A stretch of 60,000 nt of DNA from Felis catus (Eukaryota): contig NC_058368.1 of NCBI RefSeq assembly GCF_018350175.1, forward strand, positions 76,448,001 through 76,508,000, in the 5' to 3' direction. The notes under the pieces are model-generated. The model made no database searches. It was not told where the DNA came from and saw nothing but the letters and a program-made list of their open reading frames with translations. The position numbers and the translations under genes were made by a program. Positions 38,600 through 49,410 of this stretch are shown in pieces. How positions within the stretch are numbered: position 1 is the first letter of the stretch; each line of letters begins with the position of its first letter.

Positions 38600-39620
38600 C
38601 TTCTCTTGATGTTTTAATTCTAGGACTCAACTATCACCAGTTCGCAAATGACTCCCCTGCCCGTGCCTCAAGCCCGCATCTTTCCACACTCACATTTCCA
38701 GCTGCGGACTAGACATTTCCAAATGAAGCCTAAAAACACACTCAAAATAGAACACAGCTGCCTTCCCTCCCCCCTCCACAACGACAACAACAAAAAAATG
38801 TTTTAACTCTATTCCACTCTTTAGTTAACGGTATCATTAACTGCCCAGGAAATTAAAGTTAAAACTCGACAGTCACGTTTGATGGGTGTCTATTTCACAG
38901 CCATGCCCCAGCATACAGGAAATCCTGGAAAAGCCTTCCATGGCATTAGACCGCTTTCTTTCTCCTCCACTGCTGTTTTCTCCTAAGGCGCTTCCTATCG
39001 CACCTGAGCTATTTCCATGGGGTATTAGAGAGCTCTCCAGTCTTTTCCGCTTCCCATCTATCCTACACGCGCCTTTCCCAAAACGTGTTCCCGAACAAGA
39101 ATCTGATTAGTCTTCTGCTCCAAGTCGTGATGACTGCCCACCAGGTGTGAAGTACAAACGCCCAACCCAGAACGCAAACATTTCGTTGGCCTCTACCTGC
39201 CTTCAAGTATTGTTTCTCCATTCTCCTCCACTCGCCAGAACCACCTATGTTTGCTGTAACGCTCCACTCCCTGCCCCCCAAAGCCCCTACTATTCTGCCT
39301 CGCCCTACGTCCAGCCGTCCCCTTCTCCGCCTGGCATTCTGTGTTTCCCTACTGGAGAACCGGCTCACATCCCAGCTTTTCCAGAGCACTTCCAAATCTC
39401 CCAGCTGGAATCCACCTTTCCTTCTTTCCTTTATAAATGCTCAATGCCCCAAACCACTATGCACTGAAATCTAGGTGAATCTATAGTGGGTCCTTTAAAA
39501 TCACACACCTGCATATATACACAGTTCTTGAGAGCAGGGATCTAGATCTCCTGTGTGTATGTGTGTTTTTCTCACACCGTTTTTCACAAGAGATACTTAA
39601 GCACTTGACAGAGGACCTTG
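38600..39620 (+). mobile_element. L2 LINE relic (fragmented)
   Basis: L2-like phrases caactatcaccagttcgcaaatgactccc, ctagacatttcc, ttcttgagagcagggatct; boundaries uncertain. Confidence 0.45.
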
Positions 39621-41049
39621 CTAAATGTCTCCCTCTGTGCCAATCCAGATTCACTCATCCTTATCTACCCCATAGCCATTGGAAGCAATAAAACCTGTAT
39701 TTTCTGTCCTTCTCTTTCCAGCCTTAGTCACTTTCACTGTACCTATTTCCTGCTCACATATATTTATTTTGTGGTCAGATGTTTTACGATAAATTAGGCA
39801 AATTTTAGGACTCAGCCACCCTGGCGCCTGTGACATCGCCTTGAAAAGCTCATGAAACTTAACATCCTTCCCCCTGGGGCAAAGTACATAAGTAAACACA
39901 TGAGCATTTCTGTACAACTTCAGAAGGTTCATCGACAGCCCCTCTCCCTTAAAACCTACTGACAACTAGGGGGACTGAAACTTATCCCTGACCTAGGAGA
40001 TCTCTGCAAACAAAAGTCTTAAAGCCACCTAAAACTGATAAAGAGGACTATAAGAAATTAAGCAGTTAACATGAGTGAGAGATTTCCTGAAGCAGGAGCT
40101 GTAGTTCTTTCTGTTCTAGAATTCTAGAAAAGTCAGGAAGCAAATTGTCTTTTAAACTTTTTATTGCAAAACAAAATTTAATGAGCGTGCTATGTCAGTT
40201 TCTAAGTCATTTTCTGAACTATTTGTAAGTAATCTTAGGTGATATCTATATTAGTCTCCAAATACAGATAAAATATTTTCATACCTCAAAATATGAATGG
40301 TGCTGAAAGTATTTGCCCTTTTTAAGGCTATCCTTCTGAATCTAAGGGATACACTTAAAAGGAGTTGTACTAGTAATAAAACCCATTTAAATATCCTGTG
40401 GAATAATTTATCTCACCAGCAAATTGTAAAGTAATTCTAAATTTTTTAAGCCAGAAGACATGAGTCAATTTGTCATTTTAGAAAAGTACCCTAACTTTGA
40501 TGAAAAGGGCTTAGATGAGAAGGGCAGACCCGTTAGTCCATTGCTAGAGTCCTCTTACAGAGATGGTGATGATCTCAAGTGCCATGTTGGTGGAGGGCTC
40601 TGATCAGGGGGAATGGATAGTTCTTTATTCCAGAGGATTCTCAAAGCTGATCAACAGAGTCAGTGAGAGGACCTGGGAATGAGGCCAGACACTATCTAGG
40701 CCCCAGGCATTACTTATTGGTGACTTAACTACTGAGTTTACATGTGACGGGATCACCAGCCCATTTGGGACACTCTTGCCCATTCCAAATTTGAAATCCA
40801 GCAGGTCATCTCACAGTGGGAGAGGTCACAGGGCAGCCCACAAATTCATTTAGTAGCCTTTCCCAGGAAGAACCCTGAATTATCCATCTTTGCTCTTATA
40901 ACATCCTTAATAGGCTTATCCCAGAGGTGTCTCCCATGATAAAGTTGTTCTTGATCATTCTAATCAGACACAGTCTCTCACACCCATCCGCATTCCCACT
41001 GAACTTTGCATTCTGTAATGACCTTTATTGTTTTCCAGATAATATAGTT

Positions 41050-41278
41050 TAAGCTTCAAGGTATGGTCAAAAAACCAAAAGTTACACACATGCAACTTAC
41101 ACATCTTGAGTTTGGACGTACACATCACCACAGTCACGATGCTAAACATAGCTCATTTCCAAAGACTTCCTTGCGCTTGTAGGTTTGTTTTTGGTTCTGT
41201 GGTAAGAACGCTTAACTTGAGATGTATCCTCTTATCATATTTCAAAGAGTACAATAGCATGTTCTTAACTACAGGTAG
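41050..41278 (-). mobile_element. L1 3' end fragment (L1MA/MB-like)
   Basis: gtggtaagaacgcttaacttgagatgtatcctctta...ttcaaagagtacaatagcatgttcttaactacagg. Confidence 0.7.
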
Positions 41279-41416
41279 ATTTTCTTAAACCCAGAGACTT
41301 TTTTTTTTTTTTTTTTGGACGTAGCGTCAGCACTCGTCAATACTTAATCAATTGATCCACTTAAAGATATAGGAAGAGTCTGGCTAGGGTGGGGAACAGT
41401 ATCCAAACTCACTTTT

Positions 41417-41638
41417 TTTTTAATTTTTTTTTCAACGTTTATTTATTTTTTGGGGGACAGAGAGAGACAGAGCATGAACGGGGGAGGAGCAGAGAGAGAG
41501 GGAGACACAGAATCGGAAACAGGCTCCAGGCTCTGAGCCATCAGCCCAGAGCCTGACGCGGGGCTCGAACTCACGGACCGCGAGATCGTGACCTGGCTGA
41601 AGTCGGACGCTTAACCGACTGCGCCACCCAGGCGCCCC
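41417..41638 (-). mobile_element. Young feline SINE (SINEC_Fc)
   Basis: Reverse complement of the consensus-like copies; TSD CAAACTCACTTTT at 41404-41416 and 41640-41652. Confidence 0.98.
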
Positions 41639-42359
41639 TCAAACTCACTTTTAAAACAACCTAGACCCCTTCTCATAAGTAAATATCTGTAAATACCCAT
41701 AAGTTGATTATAACTTTATCTGCTCTATTTTTGGAAAGTCATTGGATTTAAAGTGTTTTTACTGCATGTTACCTGCATGGTTCAATAGAATACCAAAAAC
41801 AAAAAAAAAGAAGATTAAAAAAAAAAAAAAACCCAGCCTATATCTTTGCACACAGATGAAAATCAGGATAAATGTTAGCTCAAGAGAGAATCAGAGGTTG
41901 TAGAATAACACGTGGTGACACGTGTAAGAAAAACATTTAATTTCTAGATTTTTCACTGGGATTCTAAGGCAAGCGGAATAAAGCAAATTGTACTCCAAGG
42001 GAAAATAGAGGTAGAAAGGTAACAGAGTTCTTGGAAACAACCCACAGGAGGCAGAGAAGAAAGGGGCTTGGAGGAAGCAAAACATCGTAACAGTTATGGA
42101 TGTAATATTCACCATACGTCCCATATGTTTTCAGATTACAACAGAGCAACTGTTCCGCTCAGCCCATTTGCAAGTGGACCTAACGACTCAGGCCCTCCGA
42201 AATCAAAGGGTGTAATCTACTATAAATCCTGCCACGCTAGATGGAACGAATATCTGTCAGATTTTTTTACTTAAACCTCTCTTCCTTTAAGAAAGCAGCA
42301 TCTGGCTCTAAACTGCACATTTAATTGAAAAATCCTTTAATAGCAGCATTAATTTTCAT

Positions 42360-43300
42360 CATTTTGCATTCCGGCAGTCTGTGACAAGGAGCCAGGAGCT
42401 GCATGCGTTCAGGCGGCCAGACTGCAGAGCGGAGGGAGTAGGGCGCAGGGGAGGGAAAGGGGAGAGCTGGGGGAAGCGGGGGGAGGGGGGGGGTATTGTT
42501 TGCCTGCAGCCCTGCCCTGGGAGATCAGGTGCCGGGGGACAGGTCAGAAGTAAGGAATACGAGTTCCACGGTTTTTGATGGAGGTCATTCCAGCAGGACA
42601 ATGCACTTGGAGTTTATCAAAAGCAAACCGGGCACGTTGAGAAGGAGAACTGGACAGTAGTGACAAAGGCCACGAATTCCAATCCGAGGCTAGGACTTAG
42701 ACATGGTTCCAATCGCGGTTTTTAACCGTCTCATGTTTGCGTTCTCGTCGGACTCTATCTCAGGGCCTCTCTTTCCCAATGGCTTCTTTCCAAGGAAAGG
42801 ACCAAAATGGAACCTATCAGAATAAAGGAGTCCCACATGCCACACGGCCGTGCCCATCCCCGGTGGGGGTGGGAGCTGGGTGGAGGGGAGGCTGGAGGTC
42901 CACTGGCAAATTCCTCTGCAAAAGGGGAGGTACCACAGCAATACACCTGCTAAAGGGGAGAGTGGGGAGGAAACCGGCAGCCTGAGGGTGGAGGGAGGGA
43001 ACGGAGGCAGGAGAGGAAAGCAATCTGAAGAAAGCGCCCCTTCTAGGGAGGCTGGGTAAGCACAGAAAAATGCCCCGCTTTTGTTTGGCCTTCCCAGTGG
43101 CCGGGAACCTGCAGATAAAAGGCCAGCCTTTCCCCCTAGAAGGGCTACAGGGCGGCACTTTTGTTTGTGAACCTCACACACCCTGGGGTGGGGATTCCTT
43201 TGCTGTTGCCGTGACCAACCCCGTCACACTGGGTTACGAGTCCTGCCCTGGCCCGCCCTCCTCCTGCTGCCTTCACATGGCCCAGATTTTTTGCTTTTGC
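42360..43300. promoter_or_regulatory. GC-rich, repeat-free island (possible enhancer or weak CpG island) with G-tract clusters
   Basis: Raised GC and CpG relative to flanks, multiple GGG runs at 42440-42493, no recognisable repeat. Confidence 0.3.
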
Positions 43301-43937
43301 TTTTCAGGAGGGCGAGAACTTTGTTTTTTTTGAGGTTTCTAAGCAGATGATCTAATTTTGAAGTGCATTTCCCTCAGTGGCCCAGCAAATCTCCATGAAG
43401 GTACATGAAGAATATTTTATTTTTGTATTCAGGGCTTTTCAGAGAAGTTCCTTGTTTTATTTAAAAGCTGTGGTGGGGGGGGGGGGGAGGGGGGCATTAG
43501 CGAAGCATAAAAATAACTGCTTAACAAATGCTGCAGAATGGGGACTAGAGTAGGTGGCCCCCAGGGTGGGGTGGGGTGGGGGAAGAATGTTCTTGGACTT
43601 AAATATTTTCCTAGCTATCTTTCACAGAAGCTAATAAGTAACCAAAAAAATTTCAGGAAGAAAAAGAAAAAGGAAAATCGTTTTAGAAGTGCTCTGTGGT
43701 CTGACCCTTCTTCAAATCTAATTTTATTGCTAATGTTGGGTGACCAGTCATTACCCTACTCAAAATCTCATCAGTGGACTGAAAAAAAAAAGAATCAAGC
43801 CAACTAGACCACGCCTGGCTTTCTGCTCAACTTCAGAAACGTTCCAGTTCCTTAAGTGACCAGGTGATGACATTAGAATTGAGGCCACCTCGACCAGCGC
43901 ATCTCCCCACCCCCATCACGGTCCCTCCATTCCTCTC

Positions 43938-44035
43938 TTCTAGAACAAAAGCCCCATGGGACAGACTTTCTCTCAAAGTGTTCATGATGGCTAGCCCCGT
44001 TCCTGGCATACCAGAGGTGCTCAACACATTTGAAG
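43938..44035 (+). mobile_element. L2 3' end fragment
   Basis: ctagaacaaaagccccatgggacagac...tgttcat...cctggcataccagaggtgctcaacacatttg. Confidence 0.6.
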
Positions 44036-44844
44036 AGGAGAAGTGGGATTGTTTGTACATCAGATGAACCCAAATCCTAAGATAAACATAATTCAGCATC
44101 CCGGAAGACTTGAGGAGAAAACAGCTGTGTTATTTTTAAAAGGATATTAACTCGAATTTCGTTTTTCTCCCTGTGTGTCAGATCCCTTTCTTCCCACCAT
44201 CAAGTTGGTAGTGTGGGCTGAGCCTATTTTCCTAAGGGCTGCACAAGGTCATATTCCAGCAAGAACCAAGCGTGTGGTTTCCAAAGATACTATATATCCT
44301 ATATATCCAACGTAGCAAAATATCCTTGCAAAGACACACGAAGGAAAAGGAAATATTTCTCAAGATTAGATGCTCCGGGCTGGCTGGCAGCTGCTAGGAG
44401 TTCTCTGGATGGGAGAGATTTCCCAGGCTTCTCCCAGAAGCCTGGGGCCAGGTCACTAGGGATGATTCCAGGCAGACTCCATGGGTGGCCTAGGGAAGGT
44501 GCCCACATAGAAGGCAGGATGACCCCTCGGGATAGGCAGCAAAAACTGATTGAAACATGGCCTTCCACTTCTAACACTTTGACTCTTAAGGTTCCCCTGG
44601 ACACAGGTATAGAAGGGGGGGTGGGGGGGGGCAAGGAAATCAAACACTGAGGTCAGGGTCACGCAAGAGGGCCTAAAATTCGGGTATAAAAATAGCCTTC
44701 TTGCTTCGGTCGAGTTTGTGAATGGAGAGCCACTCCGCGTGTAATATTCTAAAGCAAGCGCGAATGTGCTTCACGTGACTTTATAAAAGGAAACTCCTAC
44801 TTCAAAGAAACCTGTTCCTTTCGGCGAGGACCCCTACCCCACCC

Positions 44845-44950
44845 GACTGTAAGCGTGAGGACGGCAGAAATGGTTTTGCCCGTGATGTCTCCCCAGGGCC
44901 CGCGTGTTGCTTCATTTAGACAAGGCGGTAAACCGTTGCTGAATGAATAA
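44845..44950 (+). mobile_element. L2 3' end fragment
   Basis: gactgtaagc...tgtctccccagggcc...ttgctgaatgaataaa. Confidence 0.5.
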
Positions 44951-45077
44951 ACATATTTATAACCGCCTCTTCCGTTTGGGATGATTCAGGAGAGAATCCA
45001 GATACTCTTAAAAGGATGCAAAATAGACATGCATGCTAGGTACGGGACAACAGTCCACTTTAAAAATAGGACTTCCT

Positions 45078-45300
45078 GGGGCGCCTGGGTGGCGCAGTCG
45101 GTAAGCGCCCGACTTCAGCCAGGTCACGATCTCGCGGTCTGTGAGTTCGAGCCCCGCGTCGGGCTCTGGGCTGATGGCTCAGAGCCTGGAGCCTGTTTCC
45201 AATTCTGTGTCTCCCTCTCTCTCTGACCCTCCCCCGTTCATGCTCTGTCGCTCTCTGTCCCAAAAATAAATAAACGTTGAAAAAAAAAAATTTAAAAAAA
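45078..45300 (+). mobile_element. Young feline SINE (SINEC_Fc)
   Basis: Perfect TSD AAAAATAGGACTTCCT at 45062-45077 and 45301-45316. Confidence 0.98.
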
Positions 45301-45367
45301 AAAAATAGGACTTCCTTTAGGCAGATTCGCATCATCAGCATGTAAAACTCTTGATGAGGACACAGGA

Positions 45368-45745
45368 TCTATCTCCTTGGGCTACCATAACAGGATACGA
45401 CAGACTCACAGGTGAGTGGCTCACACAACAGGGGTGTACTTTCGCGCAGTCCTGGAGGCTGGAGGGCTGAGGTCAGGGAGCCCACGCTGTAGGGAAGGAC
45501 GTTCACACCTGAACCCGGCTTATGGACGGTCGCCTGCTCCCTGGACCCTCATGTGGCTTTGCCTCTATGCTCTTCTTAAAGGGCCCTTCATCCCATCCTG
45601 AGGGCCCTACACTCCTGGCCTCATTTAACCCTAATTACCTGGCCAAAGCCTCCCCTCCAAATATCCCATTAAAGGTTAGGGTTTCAGTTTATGGTGTTGG
45701 GGGTTGGGGACACACAGGCAGAGCTGGGCGCATTCAGTTCACGAC
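45368..45745 (-). mobile_element. MaLR solo LTR (MLT1A-like)
   Basis: gggctaccataaca...gcagtcctggaggctggag...ctcatttaaccctaattacc...gttagggtttcag...cattcagttc. Confidence 0.75.
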
Positions 45746-46534
45746 GTGAGCAGATCGCACACCCACTCACCCTTTCTCAGTCAGTTGCAGCCAGCCCAGG
45801 ATCCTTCGCCCAATAAAACAAGAGCTCCGTGGCTTTTATGCGTTGATTTGTTCTTTCCAGCCATTCTGTATCCCAATGGCTTTCCAGAAGTGTATCTTCG
45901 GGATACCTTTTCTTTTTTCCGTTTTTCCTCTCCAACTAAGAAGATAATCTGAGAAGCTTTATGGCCCGGCACATGTCAGTACGAGGCGAGACAGATGTTC
46001 GGTATGTATTAGTATAGACATCACTTTCTTCTGAACAACAAACCGCAAAACAGGGCAGTGTGGAGAAAGTAATACGTGCACCTTGAACAGGCAGCAGAGG
46101 GAAGATTTAAGACACGGAGCCAGGGAGAGAGAGAATATTAAAAGTAACAGAAAACCAAGTTGAAAAGGGCAGGAAGGCTGCTCATTGCTCTGACTGGGGA
46201 AGGCGGGGGGGGGGGGGGGGGGGGGTCGCATGCCATAACCAAAAGGCAAGGGCACCACCTGAAAACACCGGTATGGCCCCACCATGCACACCAGGCCAGG
46301 TATGTGTCATCAGCCTTGCTCATCGTCTCCGACAAAACCAAGCGTGGGTATTATCGGTGGTAGGATCTGCCGCCCACTTTCACCACAACTCTTCCATGGT
46401 CTTTCCATCAGCCCACGCGTTGACTTTGCCTGTCTTCAGCCCTTCTGCCGTTTCAACTTGGTTTTCTTAGTCTGGTGCAATCAGACCACAGGCGAAGAAA
46501 AGGCGAAGCGGCTTACAAAATAGGTCTTCCCCCA

Positions 46535-46715
46535 GGGGCGCCTGGGTGGCTCAGTTGGTTGAGTGTCTGACTATGCTTCAGGTCATGATCTCCTGGTTTG
46601 TGAGTTCAAGCCCTGCATCGGGCTCTCTGCTGTCAGCGCAGAGCCTGCTTCGGATCCTCTGTCCCCTCTCTGCCCCTCCCCTGCTCACATGCTGTCAAAA
46701 ATGAGTAAACATTAA
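46535..46715 (+). mobile_element. Can-SINE (first of a tandem pair)
   Basis: Head ggggcgcctgggtggctcagttggttgag; tail aaaaatgagtaaacattaa. Confidence 0.95.
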
Positions 46716-46730
46716 GAAATATGTCTTCCC

Positions 46731-46934
46731 GGGGCACCTGGGTGGCTCGGTCGGTTAAGCGTCCGACTTCGGCTCAGGTCACGATCTCGCGGTCCGTGGG
46801 TTCAAGCCCCGTGTTGGGCTCTGTGCTGACCGCTCAGAGCCTGGAGCCTGTTTCAGATTCTGTGTCTCCCTCTCTCTCTGCCCCTCCCCTGCTCGCTCGC
46901 TCTCTTCTCTCTCAAAAATAAATAAACATTAAAA
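46731..46934 (+). mobile_element. Can-SINE (second of a tandem pair)
   Basis: Head ggggcacctgggtggctcggtcggttaagcg; tail aaaataaataaacattaaaa. Confidence 0.96.
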
Positions 46935-47172
46935 AAAATACATCTTCCCCCATCACCCCCCCCCCATCTATCCCAATCCAAGCCTCTCTCACTCTAGAGT
47001 TACGGTAATAGTTTCCACATCAGTGGCCTTCCTGCCCCTGCTGTCTGTGAATACATCCTTTATACCACGTCAGGATTAATCTAATTAAAACACCGCATCT
47101 ATCTGTCCCTCTACCATTCGAGGATTTTTTTCTATAATAAAAAAAAACGGAAGAACGAAAGAAATAAAGAAC

Positions 47173-47174
<2 letters not shown>

Positions 47175-47240
<66 letters not shown>

Positions 47241-47242
47241 AA
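47175..47242. repeat. (GAAA)n tetranucleotide microsatellite, ~17 units
   Basis: Read directly. Confidence 0.96.
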
Positions 47243-47284
47243 AGAGAAAACAGCAGGGGGAGGGGCAGGAGGGAGAGAGAATCC

Positions 47285-47493
47285 TTTTATGTTTTAAAGT
47301 TTATTTATCTATTTTGAGAGAGAGTGAGAGAGCATGAGAGCGAGCACAACTGTGGGAGGGGCAAGAGAGAGAATCCCAAGCAGGCTCTGCCCTGTCACTG
47401 TCGAGCCCTATGCGGAGCTTGAACCCATGAATCTTGAGATTATGACCTAAGCCCAAGTCAGACACTTAACCAACTGAGCCACTCAGGAGCCCC
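47285..47493 (-). mobile_element. Can-SINE nested in an older SINE
   Basis: Complete tail, body and head (...ctgagccactcaggagcccc); degenerate TSD agggagagagaatc / agggatagagagagtc. Confidence 0.9.
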
Positions 47494-48504
47494 AGGGATA
47501 GAGAGAGTCGCAAGAGAACTCCCCACTTAGGGCGGAGCTTGATGTGGGGCTCAATCCCACGACCCGAACCAAAGTCAAGAGTCAGACATTCAATGGACTG
47601 AGCCACCCAGACTCCCTCAAGGAGTTGTAATAATACTAACTGCTCCTCTAAGAAACACTTTATATCGTTTGGACTAGCTTTCAAATTCCTGCTTCCATTC
47701 GGTCAACATATTTTAATTGAATGGTCACTAGGTTCCAGATGCAGTTTTAGGCGCTGGAGACTCTGTGAGGAAAAGGGACAACGTACCGTCCCATTTCGTG
47801 GAGTTTTAGATACGTTAGCCACATCATCACGGAGGGGGAAACCGACAATAAACCCATAACTACTTTGGAGCTTTTGTTCATTTTTTTTTTCTTCCCACCT
47901 CCCTTTTAATACTTTCAAATCCATCGACATCCTGGGAGCCCCGGGACATTGTAGACATTTTAGCAGGGCGTGGGAAAGCGAGCGACGTGGTCTCTGCCCC
48001 CACGGAGCGAGCGGCCGCTCACAGGGACTCCTTGCCCCCAACAGGACTCGCCTGCCAGGACCAAAACAAGTATGAGTCTTCTGGTGTATGCACTTCGTTC
48101 CTTTTTCTTACTGGGTTTACTGCTCATTTTAGTAAGCAGGGTCACCTCTCAGTGTCATCGCTTCACTAGAGGAGAGAAGCCTTGGCCCGCAACAGTATAT
48201 GGACACAGCCAGGCTTATTTCCAGCTCCCTCCGGCACCTAAACCAGCGTCGTCTGGCATATGGTGTGTGGTCAACAGATATTTGTGGAACAGAGGAGGAA
48301 ATGGAGGAATGCATTGCCATTCTCAAATGGTACCACTCTAAATGTGTAACTATGGGGGGAGAAAACACAATCACGTAATTAGGTATGGGAAACCATCCTA
48401 ACACTAGATATTAGGAATAAATACCAGATACGGCGGAAGACAAATTTTATACTGTTTCTGTTCCCAGGAACTTTGGGGCTTTATTTGATAATGCCTATAC
48501 GTCA

Positions 48505-48680
48505 TGATGACAGCTCATATTCAAGGCAGTCTTACTAAACACTAGCTATTGTTCTAAGCATATCACCTGTATGATCTGATCCTTACGACTGTCCCGATGT
48601 AGGTATTGTTGTACCCATTTTACAGAAGAGAATGTGGAGGCGCAGGGCAATGTGCTGAATCCCAGATCAGTTACTAATTA
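48505..48680 (-). mobile_element. MIR relic
   Basis: gtaggtattgttgtacccattttacagaagagaatgtggaggc is a reverse-strand MIR core. Confidence 0.7.
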
Positions 48681-48979
48681 GAACCGCCTGTATTGAAGCT
48701 GCTTCCGGTAGGATGGCAGGGGGCCACGGCCATAACCATCGGTCCCTCCTTTAGCCCCAAATCACTTCTCAAACGTAGGATACGTTAGCACTTGATAGGC
48801 TGAGTGAATCAGACTGCCTGCTTTAAAGGATATCCCTTCCTCGTGAGGAAGACAAGATTTTTGTTCAATGAAAAGTAGGCTAATGAAGTCATGACTGCAG
48901 AGGTCTGAGAGCCCGGGCTACAAGACACATGAGCCACCACCTGAGAGGTCAGAAGGCTCTGGAAGAAAAGCCACATTTA

Positions 48980-49410
48980 GGGGCGCCTGGGTGGCTCACT
49001 CAGGTGGTAGTCCGACTCTTGATTTTGTTAATTCAAGCCCCATGTAGGGCTCCGTGTGGAGCCTGCTTGGAATTCTCTCTCCCTCTCTCTGTGCTCCTCT
49101 GCTCACGCTGTTTCGGCCTCTCTCAAAACAACAAGTGTTTTTTGTTTTTTTTTCTAATGTTCGTTTATTTTTGGAAGAGCCAGACCGAGTGCGACCAGGG
49201 GAGGGGCAGAGAGAGAAAGAGACAGAGAATCCAAAGCAGGATCCAAGCTCAGAGCTTCAAGCTGTCAGCCCAGAGCCTGATGCGGGGCTCGAATTCATGA
49301 ACCATGAGATCGTGACCTGAGCCAAAGTCAGATGCTTAACCAACTGAGCCACTCAGGCACCCCCCCCCAAAAAAAAAGAAAGAAAGAAAGAAAACTTAAA
49401 AAAAAAAATT
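48980..49410 (+). mobile_element. Can-SINE whose tail is interrupted by an antisense SINE
   Basis: Head at 48980; TSD GAAAAGCC(ac/gt)ATTTAG at 48965 and 49411. Confidence 0.88.
49138..49363 (-). mobile_element. Can-SINE nested in the opposite orientation
   Basis: T tail from 49138; head ...ctgagccactcaggcacccc at 49363. Confidence 0.93.

Larger units (their letters stand above)
47125..47616 (-). mobile_element. Old Can-SINE split by a second SINE, with a (GAAA)n array in its 3' part
   Basis: Head ...ctgagccacccagactccc at 47616; body resumes at 47250-47284 (cagggggaggggcaggagggagagagaatcc). Confidence 0.75.

Noticed and set aside
43034..43050. CTCF-like motif (CCTAGAAGGGGCGC on the - strand)
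   Set aside because: Several mismatches to the core consensus
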